Positions 38,675 through 51,720 of a stretch of DNA of 64,000 nucleotides are shown piece by piece (position 1 is the first letter of the stretch; each line of letters begins with the position of its first letter). Source of the stretch: Styela clava (Eukaryota). The notes below the pieces were generated by a model. The model made no database searches and was not told the DNA's origin. It saw nothing but the letters and a program-made list of their open reading frames with translations. The stretch spans positions 13,392,001 to 13,456,000 of the forward strand of contig NC_135257.1 in assembly GCF_964204865.1 (NCBI RefSeq). Direction: 5' to 3'. Both the position numbers and the translations under genes were made by a program.

Positions 38675-41069
38675 CCCGCTTTTCTACTGTACCGGTACTG
38701 TAAAGATATAATGCTTCTTTTCCGAATAGTCTACCATAGGCTTATATACTTCGTTTGACATTCCCTGTCAATATATTTGATGATTGCTCTCTTGTTTTGA
38801 TCAGCACACAAAACTTCAAAGTGAATAAACGAATAAAGCTCACAGAAATTTGTAAGTAATACTGTTATAGAAATTGCTTTTGTATCCTCTAAACCAGTGG
38901 TTCCCAAACTGTGGGTCGCGACCCCCGATGGGGTCGCGTGAAGATTTTCTGGGGCCGCCTAATGTCTTCCAAACATGCGCACACAAGAGACTAAGATTTT
39001 GAATTTGGAAAATCAGATTTGAACTGCTCGGCAGATACCATAAAAATGCTTAACTTCGGATTTTTCAGCAATAACTCGACCATTTATTGTCCAAACGGCC
39101 CCAAATTTGATCGGTAAAACTTTCATGCGGTACCTTTCCAGTTGGTCGGCAGCAAAGTGATTAGAGTTTTTCGTAACGACGCAAAGTACAATTAGGCATT
39201 GACGTTCAGGCGACGTTGTTCTGCGGAACGTTGTAAATTACGCAATCGCGAATTTTGTCGTTCACAGCTGGAGTTCCAATTATATCAGTATTGTAGCATC
39301 GGCCGCGGTTTAAATAATACCTGCTTTAAACGTATGCTTTAGGACGGTTAATGATGTTCTACACTTACCAGGGTAAGTGATAAGTATTTTTCATAAGGAA
39401 CGCAGAGCTGCTACGTTGCAACACTTTGGTCGCAACGTAATTGCGAAAGATCGCTGCGTAACGAAGTAATTAAGGAACGTCGCTGTTTAACTCAAGTTTG
39501 CGCAGCGGACATATGAAGAATTGGAGAACATTGAATAAAATAGAGTATACAATTTTACTGGTGTACGATAAATTCAATCTAATGATACTATTCGAAAGCT
39601 ATTTTTAATCTCTACAAATGTCAAACTTACAAAAGTATATGTGTCGATATCATATTAGATTAAAACAAGAACAAATCGGAGGTTTTGTCATTTAATTGGA
39701 AAGTTTTTCAAAAAAATTCACGCTTCCAATTTCGCCGATTTTTGTACGATAATCGGGACATTTTATCCCCATCTCATAATTATAATTAGTCTCCTAGATT
39801 GTCTCTCAAACAATATAAAACTTGTCTAAATATAATGTAAGGTTAGTGAGATATGAGGTTTCGAAGTTGCATAACTCACACGCGATACCTGTAGTAAGAT
39901 AACTATCGCGCGATTCGATGGACACATAATGGCGTCCGATATGCATCATCGCACACGGTGTCCCCACTTGGTTTCTGGTCACTTTGGTCGGCAGGTACCG
40001 GCATTAGTAAATGTAATTGAGTGACAATGGTACGAGTGCCAATATTATTTTATAGCTCTTTTGATCATGTTACATCCCAATGAGTAGTTGACCCGATGGT
40101 ACGCGAATCGGATTTTTATTAGGCTGAGAGAAATTATATTGATTTGTGATTTTGTACCAGTGTAGCCGCTTGGTCACCGAAAATACAAAACAAATTGCTT
40201 TATCCGGCGATTGGACCTTGATCAGGTGTTTGGCAAGTATGGTATTGATTGACAGGCGGGGTCTTGACCAAAGTGAATATAGTCACTTTGGTCTTGACCG
40301 AGTAAATATGAACCTTTAGGTTTCGATCCGTTGCGAGAGCGCTTTGTTAATTCGCGCACGTGTCTAAAATCTACGAGTAGGCTACGTGTTTCGTCCACAC
40401 TGCCTCAACATGAAGGTGAACATTTTCGTATTGTAACATTACGTATTTAGACGTTTCATACAAAATTATGAAGCGTTCCGAGCAGTCAAACACAAAACCA
40501 CAAGTTCTAGCATAATGAGGGAACTTAAAAGATGGGATTCCATACGCTGTTTTTCCTATTTTACATTCATGCTCTGTTTTACTTTCGAATTAATGATTGA
40601 AAAAAAAAATTTAAGAAAAAATAATATGTTAATATAGAACTAAAAATAACAAAGACGCTCGCTGTTGGAATATACTGAATAGGATTTCGAGTTATTGTAT
40701 ATTTAGAAACAACCTTACTATTTCCGAATATCGTACGCGTCCTTACAATCTACCACATTTTATCAAGTACACTAATTCCAATCTAACAGATTATCACACC
40801 GTGGTTTTCATACGATTCCATGTGTTATCAAATCTTCTGAGGTTTCCCCGTTTGGAACGTCTACTTGCAGTCGATAAACAGCAGGTACATTGTGATTAAA
40901 CTTATAATATGTTGATTTTTGAAGTTGCTGAACGTTTCTAGTGGGGTCGCGAGTATCTGTAAGCTTTGATTCTATAAAAATTGGGGTCGCGAAAAAAAAA
41001 GTCATCTGCTTTCCATTGAAATGAGGGAGCTTATGAATATTTAGAGAAATTGATAACGGCACATTATCA

Positions 41070-41262
41070 CACACCATCAACGAAGTGCTTTTCGCAAACA
41101 GTGAAACACAAGAGAGATGACTTCTGGACTTGACACCAAGCAGTCCTGCCAATAGATGATATCCACATTGCGCGACGTTGCGGATCTTTTGAAAAAAGTG
41201 GAATATAACTGAATTTTGTATATACTATACGTACAGCCAACGGAACAATACGGAATAACCAT
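41070..41262 (-). pseudogene. Degenerate THAP (C2CH zinc-finger) domain, probably a transposon relic
   Basis: Two frames give MVIPYCSVGC... and ...FSKDPQRRAMWISSIGRTAW...VCEKHFVDG, matching the THAP pattern C-x(2-4)-C...FP-D--RR--W---I-R--W...VC--HF, with a frameshift and no downstream transposase. Confidence 0.7.
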
Positions 41263-41357
41263 TTTAAACATCCAAACAAAAGTTTTGTATTTGAACTTAA
41301 TTTACCACAATTATCTTTTTACTTTTTAGATAGATAATACAGCGATATTGGACGTCT

Positions 41358-42649
41358 AAGTGGTTCCCAACCTTCCTATCCTGGCGGACCGGTAAAATTA
41401 AATTAAATTTACTCGCGGACAGGCGAAAAATTGAAATACCCGGAACAGATAATATATTGCAATGTCGGGAACTCAATATGATTTTAGACTGAAAAGACAC
41501 ACTTAAAAACATTTCACACGAAAAAAAATTATCAAATGTTGTGCTGGCCAAAAATTGAAATGGGTGAAACATAAAATAATAACATCTATTTTCGTAGTAA
41601 AATGCAGTACTGGGCACCCAATATGCGTAAAAAAGGCACGCAGAAAACATCTCACATAAAAACATGTACATAGCAAATCATGTATAAACACAATTAACTC
41701 TAGTGAGAATTATGCTGCTGTTTCGTTTCCAATATAGGATTGCAACTGAGGCCTCAAATGAGTTTCTGCAACACGTTGCTCAGCAGAGGCGTGCAGCCAA
41801 TTTCTTTGCTTCGTTTCAATTGAAGCTAGTGATGAAATTTTTTTTTTTTTTGCAAAACGCAGTAACTGGTTGAAAACACAAACAACAGCTTGATAACATA
41901 GGGATTGGTATTCGTTATCAAGAGATATTCAAATTTAGACAGTGATTCTTTCTTTATCTGGACTGTGAAGTAGTGCGCGTCTCGTGACCGCATGTAGGGT
42001 CGCAACAAGTTCATATCTTACTGGATTATTGAATGTATGTATGTATGTTTATTCGTCTCGTAATAGTGAATACATAAATAAATGAACAATTATTATTATT
42101 TGAGACGGGATGCATGCACAAGACCGTGCTGGCCTAAAACACAAATGTGCAGCATGCACCCCTTTTGACAAATATAAAACAAAAAACATTAGATTAAATA
42201 TGTATAATTTGGTCCCTATATAGACAGTTGTGCAAGGGGGTGCAATGGGTCGGTTGGTGTGGTGGAAGTGGTAAGCGTGGAGTATACAAAACTGTTTATA
42301 CAGGGGAGTTTATAAGACAAAATATATATATATAGAGAGAGAGAGGCAACACAACACCAAATATTATACTGTTCTTGACTGTATTCTAGTTTAAACAAAG
42401 AAAATATACATAACGTTTTATACGGAACTTGCGAGATTTGATGGAGCGCATTCGCGATGAATCGGAGCCGAAAAAGCTAAATGTGTGATTACTCGGCGCC
42501 AAGATGTCGCAATATGACGGCGGAAGAGAAATTGCGTAATAAACCAACGCAACCTCGTCTTCGGTAAAGCGATTGAAACGGCATGAAAACAACGAAATTT
42601 CCTCCGGACCGGAAAAAAAGCTTCGCGGACCGGCGGTTGGGAACCACTG
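41358..42649. mobile_element. hAT-like non-autonomous element (decayed)
   Basis: Ends AGTGGTTCCCAACC...GCGGACCGG and CGCGGACCGGCGGTTGGGAACCACTG; TSD not recognisable. Confidence 0.55.
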
Positions 42650-43464
42650 TCCTATTACCTGTTTGTGAACGGAAATGACGCGGGCCTCAAACAATGGCGG
42701 AGATCCAACTGGTCGCCTACCAGCTTGTTCTTTAAATTGGTCATACAAAGTGTATTTTCAGTATAATGGAAAAATAAAATACTCTGATTACTGCATCAGT
42801 GCTTTTTACACTTACATGCAAATCTTCTGGTGTGATTCACAAGCTTACCATTTTTTTTTTTTTTGGGCTGGTTACACCCACAACGTTGTATTCCGACAGG
42901 ATTGGCCAATCTGTTATGGCTGACTAGGTGGGTTGGTCGTACAGTTGTGTATGCGACAAGTTCGCAAGTCTCAGTGGAAGTTTTTAACTTTAAAGACGAA
43001 TATCACCAAATGAGTCTAAAAATACGACTGCTGTAGGCTACTTATTTTGATTATCATATCAAACTTGGTAAATTTGGCCGTTGCATTGATGATAAATGGT
43101 CGAGTTACGTGGAAATTACGGCCATTTCATCCAAAGTTATGCACTTCGACGATAGTCACTGTGGGCATTTTTGCTTATTACTGTTTTGTTTCATCATAAA
43201 CTTTGTTTTCGTCCAGATTGACAATGATGATATCATTGGTAAATGCAGCATCTCATGCCGCCTGCATTTTGGTTTTATATATTCTGAGTACGAACGTGCG
43301 TAATCTTGTTTTATCAGGAGATAATCGTTTCGGAGTTCATAGCGTATTTGAGCGTAATCGCGATGGTTCAGCACGACCCATATTGTTATGATTTGATTTC
43401 AGAAAATATATCGTTCGAAAAAGTCGTGGATTACCATTTGTAGGAGTAGCCTTTCAAAGTAAGG

Positions 43465-45489
43465 ATGGTCTTCATCAGCTTGACATCGATCCTGACTATT
43501 TGTTTCGTGTCTACGACAGTCGGTAAGCCACGAATTGAAAATGGAAAAGAAAAGTGCACTTTGCCAATTTTCGACGAGGTCAATTATAACATGGTAAGGT
43601 AATTTAACTGAAGCTGAAATTACAATGTCTCTTCATATACAGTAAATTTCGGATAACTTCATGATTAAGAATGCCATAGCGAGCAAAAAAAAATGTTTTC
43701 GCCAGTTACTACAAGCGTTTATCCGTTCATTGATCATTGAAAAAAAGATTCACGAAAAAATGTTCCATTGATAAAAATAAGAATAAAACCAAAAAATACC
43801 CACAAAGTTTGCTATTGTAGAACGATTCGAATAGAGCAAGAGTAAACAAAGTGAGACCGTTGTATCGTTTTAGCTTCCTCATTCTTGGTATCACATCCTG
43901 AACACAAACGATCCCGTTGAACACCACGTCCCATGTTATGCATTCCTATTCTTCCACGATTCTCACGACGACGATTCCTACGGAGAATTTCAAGATATTT
44001 CCTCGGCAGAAAAGTGAATACATTTTAATTCGTTTTAATGATTATAATTCTATTTTTGACTAAGTTTTTTTGAAACGCCGTACATATTGTTATATATATA
44101 CTGTATTACACATGGAAATGATATTTACCTTGGACTAGTGGTATTTTAACTTAAGAAAGGAAAATAACTCGATACGATATTGGGTTTACGTTATAAAACG
44201 CTTTTCATTGAAAATTAAATTTCAATGAAAAATTCCCTGAATATGATCGCCTCGATTTTCTTCGATTCTCATCGATTTGCGCAAACAACTTAATATTTCA
44301 TTTTGAAAGATGTATCGACGGCTGTTATTCCAAATTCTGTTGTGAAACCAATAAAAAATAAGTGTTTGTCGCAATAGTTTGTGAGCAAAATTACATATAG
44401 TTCAATTGATCCGTCGAACCCAACACCCAACGAAAGTTTGTGCACCCATCAGAATACAATATATATACATTTCAAATATTTTCTTTATGATAATATGCTT
44501 CTCTATTTTTGCAGGGGTGCAATAAGATTTAGTGGGGTAATACCAGTTCATTGGTATCATAACGGAAGCTCTATCATTAGATTTGACGAAAAGTTTGGTT
44601 TGTAAAATTATGATTTATCCAACTGTAATTCTTCGCCGTGAAATATTTCCTTGATAATGATATTTTCTGATCTAGAATACTTGTGGTTGAATGAAGCAAA
44701 AAATAACGGAGCCGGAGATAACGCATTTGCAGGTATACATGACGGTCGACCGTCTTCTCTCGTTGCGTGTATTGTTACGTGCATCAATGTTTGTATTACA
44801 CAAAAACTCCATATTGCTGCGCAACACTGCAAACCTCGGCGGATACTCCTTTGTTACAAAGCTAATGACCTAATATTACTAGGGTGTTTATGAGATGACG
44901 AGGGTATTGGATTAAAATTTTACAAACACGGAACTAAAAATTTTCTTAGAATTTAGTGTCCTCACCTGTTTAGGAGTGTGTGCATTATGTTGTATAGCAA
45001 ACCACTATATTTTCTTTAAAGACGGGGGTGCCACTTAAAAAGATAAGAAATATCACATTCTTTATTCTTCATCAAAGATGCGACTAATTTTCAGATTGAA
45101 TGATGAAAACACATTTTTATATAAAAATTGTGAACCTGCCGTTTTATTATCTTTACAGAAATTAAAAACTTTTACGATCGACCCATGAGTTGTTTTACAG
45201 ATTATGAGCGTTATTTTATGTGCTTGCAATGCAACCACTTAGGTAAGTATCATTTGGTGATATTCCTTGTTTGTTCCACACTTATTCGAATCATTAAGTT
45301 GAATATTTATCTCGCACTGTTTCAGGTAAACGTTACATATGGATCCACAGCCGCAATCCGCATCCCAGCGCACAAGATATTTTACGAGCTCGAAATAAGC
45401 TTGTTGAAATTGGCGACGGCTGGAGCTCAGTTCCACTGCACTTATCCGACTGCCGTAATTTTGACGAACCAGAAAAATTTTCCTATTAA
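43465..45489 (+). CDS. Secreted ApoD-like lipocalin (6 exons, 218 aa)
   Basis: Exons 43465-43593, 43874-44013, 44515-44597, 44676-44732, 45159-45242, 45326-45489 (phases 0,2,1,1,1; 657 nt). Signal peptide MVFISLTSILTICFVSTTVG; KCTLP..VNYNM|LPHSWYHI (SCR1-like), FTDYERYFMCLQC (SCR2 TDY), YIWIHSRNP (SCR3), C-terminal Cys in LSDC. Not recovered by the ORF track. Confidence 0.88.
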
Positions 45490-47349
45490 ATATTATGATG
45501 TACTAATTGATTATGTGAATATAACATTTCTTGCATGATTTCAGAAAATTTGAAAAAAAATGTATGTCAATCTTTTTTGTTGCGAATGTGTTACTTGTGA
45601 GATTATACAATATATATATATTGGGTGTTTTCCGAATCTCAATTTACTTGTTCATTTCGATAACATTGGATAACTCGTGGAAACACGCTCAAAATAGCCA
45701 CCAAAGATCTGACAATGGTGAAATATAGGAACCATTTTCAAGAGTAAGCTTTCGCTCACTTTTGTGAGATTATTTCAACGTTCAAGGCATGCAACACGCA
45801 GCAATAAAGCGCTATGGCCAGTGACGGATTTACTATTAGGTAAGGTGGCCTCGACGGTAAATTTTGACCATTAACTACTAACCTATTATTATGATTAGGT
45901 CGTTTTTATTTTATATAAACGAATTGAATATTATATATACGAATTTATTTTTGTGAAGCTAGCAGAAAATTGCAAAATTTGAGCCGGCAGAATGCGGAAA
46001 ATTTCCCACACATTATTATTAGTTTTGCGATAGTATAATAATAATTAGTAATTACACTAATATTCTTATCAATATTTAATAAACACGCTAAAATGACTAT
46101 AAAAGTGCATAATAAAATCCTATATTTTTATAGGTCAACCATAGAATCAACTCCAGCAATCCTCCTGGCCCGGAGAGTTACCTGCTTAACTAGAAATTTA
46201 TTTTGATTAAGATGTCGGATTATCGGTGAGTCGTTTACTAACAAATCGGAATAGAGTAAATTATTATAGAAGAGACGTACAATTTTTGACTCAGTTCAAA
46301 TACCGCTTTTCGTTAAAACGTCGGTTGAAAATGTTAGCGAGAGCCATTTTTTTGTTTTTCTTACATCATATTGGTTTTTCTTACAGATAGGAGCGGATGC
46401 AATAACAAGACTCCGTTTGAGTCTGTACTCCATTGTAGCGATAAAAAAGAATTTGAACTGGCTAATGCCACTGTGCATTTTTCGACATAAGTTTAGTTTT
46501 GAAGCACTAACGCATGAAAATGAAAGCTAGCCAATCGTGACCTGATTAATTGTGGAAATTCTACGGAAAAGTAATGCACTTACTGTCAATTACTTTATGC
46601 TCAAATAGTTTACGACTATTAGGATAAACAATGAAGCGACCGTAAGGAATAACTATAGGCTACAAGAATGTGACGACATTCACGAAACAAAATATTTACA
46701 GGTAACCCACACAAAATTATACCGGCTACCTGGCGGGGAAGAAGAACATGATAGTTTCGATAGCATTTATGGTAATCAGTTTAAAAATACGTATTTAACT
46801 CGAATAACTTCGATTACACGACAATGGTCGTTCTGATTTCTGCCTGCGGGCGTTATAATTAATGATACTTTCTCCTGATTCCGTGCGTTGCGTTAATGCG
46901 AGCGTTATTCGATGATTCTTGGTCACTTGAGAAACTATCACGTTTCCGATAAGTCGTGATGGGCGTGAAATGATTTTCTTTCGACGAATCCTAATAAATA
47001 GCGACAACTCGTACCATGTTTATCATTTGCATTGAAATGTGCACAATATGTAAATCTATTGAAAAACGAGAGTTGAAAATGAAAATTCGAGTTTTCATCA
47101 CGTAAACTGTTACTACTTCGTGTAAAACATTTTCAACGTATCAGTTAATTGCATTGCTGCCTTCTGATGGACATCGCAAGAAAATCAGGCACACCAATGT
47201 AGTTTGTTTTATAGTTTTATTGATAGATATTCGGAAAATAGACAAGTGTTGTTTCTACTTACCAATTTTAGTGGTGCTACAGATAAAATACAAGTAAAAG
47301 AGAGCCTTTAAATTTAAGTTTTAGATTTTGTAAAAGTACGTTTTTAACT

Positions 47350-50095
47350 ATGAACTATCTAAAACTTTTCATCTTGGTGGCTTTATTTGCGACTATTTCT
47401 GCAAAGAAAGCGAGAAGAAGGAAAAGAATACACATAGAAATTGTATCGGTGAGAAACATTTTGTTTTAATTTAATTTAACATATATATATATATCATATA
47501 GCATAATATTTATGTCTATATATCATTTATGGTTACAGAAAAATTCGACTTCGTTTATTGCTCGTTTTCGACAATACAAGAGGGTCAAGAAATACTTTGT
47601 GAGCATCTCTGAAAAGGTGATAATTTTTCCTGTTCAAACATTTGAACCTACTATTCACATTGCTAGAACAACGAGAATAGTGATAAACAAAATAAGGTGC
47701 TCCTGAAGTATGCGCACCAAGATGTCGCATAACCTGAACCCTAACCTGGTACACAACCTGAGTTCAGGTTGTGCGCCATCTTGGTGCGCATACTTCAGGA
47801 GGTCCCAAAATAAACATTTAATATATATATCATTGCCGTAGCGTATCATCTAATTCGGCGGATATATCGAAAAACTGTGGGTGTTTTGGGGGAAAATGAT
47901 TCAATAAGATGAAATAATAGAGATATTTTTGAACACAGGGATTTTTTTTGAGTAACTGAATAAATCAAGACGTTATTATGTTCGTTACGTTGTTGTAGAT
48001 ATAGCACACGTTTTGTATGAAATGCATTGATTCAGAATATAGCCTATGAATTCCAGTCGATGTGCAGCATCCAAGATAACATGATAAAATTGCTTTACAT
48101 ATAAATAATATACAGTATATATATTTTAGTATCTGGCAGACGCACCCTCTGACTACGTAGTTGACTTAGTGAAATCGGATATGGATGAAGAAGGATATTA
48201 CGAAATCAATGCTGTAAATTCATTGCGACCCGGAATTCTGTATGAATTGGTTATTTTTAACAAGAAAAAGTATTCGAACCTTCGTTCTATGGACTTCTAT
48301 ACTGGTGAGTAAACTGTCAATAACTGTGACCAACTTTTGATTTGAAGCTTGCCATTTGGCCACTGGAATGTCTCAAGCAGAATGATAACATCCTTTGGCT
48401 ATTTGCTGTGATAGTAAATAAGGTATTGCTTACATTCTTTTGCCCTCGTAAAGCATATATATATATAGCTGTTCCACTATTTTTCTGTAAAATATCATTT
48501 CTTCACACAAGTTAGAAAAATGAATTACGATTTTATAATTTTAGACTGCGACGCATATACATTTCAGTGCATGAACGGAAGAGGAAAAAGAGCGTATCAA
48601 ACTTGCCTAGAAAAAACATCTTTGTGTGATGGGACCGCTGATTGTAGAAAAGGAGAAGACGAAGTAACGAATAAAAACGGATCGTGGTAATGACAGACTT
48701 TAATACATTTGCTGACAAGTCACAAGAATCTATAGAAATATATTGTTAATTATATCAATATATAATATAAAATATCAATAATGCAAAATAGTAAAATACT
48801 GTACCACGACCTGGCATTGCATTGCTAGTTTTAGCGGCATACCACAAGGTTAATTGTTTTGACTAGGAACAAGGAATTCATGAAGTGGGGTTAAAAAGGG
48901 TTTGATAAAAATATTACGATGCAATGAAATTTTCATGTTTGATAGAATTTCTCATTTGATTTGCGGTAAATATTTTTCAGTGCCGTCTCTGTGCCTGACA
49001 GACCAACTATTCCGCCTCCATCCCCACCACCGGCTGATGCACCTTGTATATTAGCACTTGAAAAAGCTGTTCGCGAGTCTACTACACCTCTTCCGGGTAT
49101 GTATTACAGTCGCTTCTTCGTGCGCTTGTGCTTCAAATAAACGTTTGTTATAAAATACAAATTTCCATGTACATAGTTTGATTCTGAAATTGGGGATTGA
49201 TAGAATTTGCGACAAATTGTTTAATATTTGACTGTTGTTACAATTTTCATCAAGAAAATAATCTTTTATTATTTCAAAGTTAGTGTTAGTGTTTCATCGA
49301 ATTCCTCATTTCGATACTATTAGAAATACGCTAATTCAAAAAGATTTACAATTATAACTTTCCAGCAGTATTATCATAACTGAATCATTTTCTCAGATTA
49401 TGGACTTATTCATATATCGATATATATATTACATAAGTCAAAAGAAAGATTATTTAAAAAGTAGATTTGAAAAAAATAATTCTCGAAAGCGTGTCTGACT
49501 GCCAGAAACGATAACATCTGCAATATTTAACAACGCAATGTTTACAATATGCATATATCGCGAAAATGTCCGTTCAATAAAAAATGACGTTTTTTGACAG
49601 AATGTGACGAGAAAGGTTTGTTTATTGCCATGAAATGTGGTGAAGACGCATTTACTTGTCACTGCCTTCACCCAGAAACTGGAGAAATACTGGATACACA
49701 AACTTATTTTGAGCCTTTTGTTCATTGGGATTTTTATGACAATTGTCAGAAACGTAAGTGATAATTTTTATCTATTTCGATAAACTAAGTAGGGCCTAGT
49801 GTATTTTGCAAGACATAAATAGTCAATTCTGAAGTCTTTTGGTAATTTTACAGTATTTTTGAATGTTGTTTCACATAATTTAAATATAAGCTTGTGTTTT
49901 CACACATATATATATATATATGACAAGCTGAACCTTGAAAGTATATCTGGAATATATATAATTTGGTATTTCGAGTGATATAGGTCATGTTTCACGCAAG
50001 CGTTTTGGTTATTTATTTTTTCAATTATAATTTTATAAGAAATGTAACTGTTATTTTCAGTGAGAGAAAAAGATCCAAAAGCCAAGACCGCATGA
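47350..50095 (+). CDS. Secreted protein with FN3 + LDL-receptor class A + thyroglobulin type-1 domains (7 exons, 265 aa)
   Basis: Exons 47350-47448, 47539-47616, 48130-48304, 48545-48686, 48981-49096, 49601-49753, 50061-50095 join in frame (798 nt). Signal peptide MNYLKLFILVALFATISA followed by RRRKR; FN3-like NSTSFIARF..YFV...SLRPGILYELVI; LDLa CDAYTFQCMNG..C..LCDGTADCRKGEDE..C; Pro-rich linker; Tg-1 PC...PECDEKGLF..KC..TCHCLHPETGEILDT..C. Confidence 0.85.
47700..47801. mobile_element. ~100-bp hairpin MITE in intron 2
   Basis: CTCCTGAAGTATGCGCACCAAGATG.CGCA.AACCTGAAC / GTTCAGGTTGTGCGCCATCTTGGTGCGCATACTTCAGGAG, ~40-bp near-perfect arms. Absent from the duplicated copy at ~51450. Confidence 0.75.
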
Positions 50096-51049
50096 TTGTG
50101 AGACATCCATGGAGATGATATTTTACGGACATTCATTTTGAATGACCAAATTCGCATTGTTTTATGAAAGAAGCCTGCTGGCAAATGTATCTTATTTGTT
50201 GAACAAGTAAACGTGCATAATAACTCTGCGATATTTGGCTTTTATTCCAATATGACTAAATCTTTTGAGTCTTTTTTAACGTAATACAAGCAATGTGTAA
50301 AATAAATGATTCATTGTTGAAATTGAGGTTGTGTTGTGATTTGAACTGCAGGACATAGACTTTTGAGTTGGGTTTGTACGTTACAGGAAAATATAGAGGA
50401 GTTCAGCAGTTTTTGTTATCAGTGAATCAATGTTTTACGGTCTTTCACATATACGATTATTCCATATACATAAATTATTACAATCCTTATATTCCCGTAG
50501 TTTCTCATCAAGTCTTTATCAGAGCTATTCGCTGACTTTGGGACCTAAATCCACGATTACTTCACTTCCACGAATATTTAAACATTAAAATAAGCAACGA
50601 TTACGACAAGGATTGCAATATATTCACATGACATAAGAAAATAAATCGTTCTTGTCACATGTCTGTTTTTGCGGGGGCGGACAGGATAAGCATTTGAATA
50701 TTGTTTAATTTTCAGCTATTACTACCCCGGGGCATACAAATAACCATTGTAATGAGCGTGATAGTTCTTTACGTCGAAACATGACACTAACAGACAAACT
50801 GATAGTGCTTCAACGCCAACGGTGACTCGTACAGCAAAATACAAACAAACAAATCGAACAACAGTATCAATAATTTGCACTATTTTGTATAAAAAAACAA
50901 AGACAACTTTAATCCTATTAATTTAGTCCAATTAGTTTATTTTGTTGACATTTTCCAGACTTTGCGACAAAAGACATTTGTATTTCATTTGCAGTCGAGT
51001 GAAACACTGGTGTTGACGGTACTCGCCTTATCCGATCTGTGTGTTGTTC

Positions 51050-51720
51050 CTATTTTAGTGGTGATTCTGATTAAATCAATTAAATATATATATAGGCCTA
51101 CAACAGATTTTGTAATGATACGTACTGTCAATTATTCAAAACTTTTCATCTTGGAGGTCTTATTGGAGACTGTTTCTGCGAAGAAACCGATACGAAAAAA
51201 ATACTAAATACGGAAATTGTAACCTGTTTTCCTATATATCCATTAAATTTGTCAATTATTTCTTACATCAACCGATTTATGTTATGTTTGGTTTAGAAAA
51301 ACTATACTTCGTTTGTTGCTCGTTTTCAACAATACAAGAAGGTTGAGACATTCATTTTGAGCACATCTGACAAGGCTACACTTTTTTGTTTGAGCATAGG
51401 AACTTAGTGTTGGCATTTTTAGAACAACGATGATCGTGGCCAACGAAATATAAAATAAATATCACATATATATAGTCACAGTTTACGTATTATATAAATC
51501 GACAAATATGTGCTAATGTTTGGTCATTTTTATTTGATAATGAGCAGTTTTGGAGAAAATGATTCAATGTTACATGAAATAATCAACATTTCAAACATAA
51601 GATTATTTGAATAAAAGGTATGAGACAAACATTGTTTCCAAATCGTATATATTTCGGTTTCCGACAGACGCTTCAGTTTATCTGATCACAGCAGACTCCG
51701 TCAAATCGGTTACATATGTA
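51050..51720 (+). pseudogene. Decayed partial duplicate of the FN3-LDLa-Tg1 gene (exons 1-2 and a trace of exon 3)
   Basis: AAAACTTTTCATCTTGG..GACT.TTTCTGC.AAGAAA (51138) matches exon 1, and ACTTCGTTT.TTGCTCGTTTTC.ACAATACAAGA.GGT (51306) matches exon 2. The ATG and both donor sites are lost. Confidence 0.75.

Noticed and set aside
43203-43525. ORF that continues in frame past TGA 43389-43391 (possible selenocysteine or readthrough)
   Set aside because: The real coding frame starts at ATG 43465 in a different frame and splices into a full lipocalin; no selenoprotein motif was seen.
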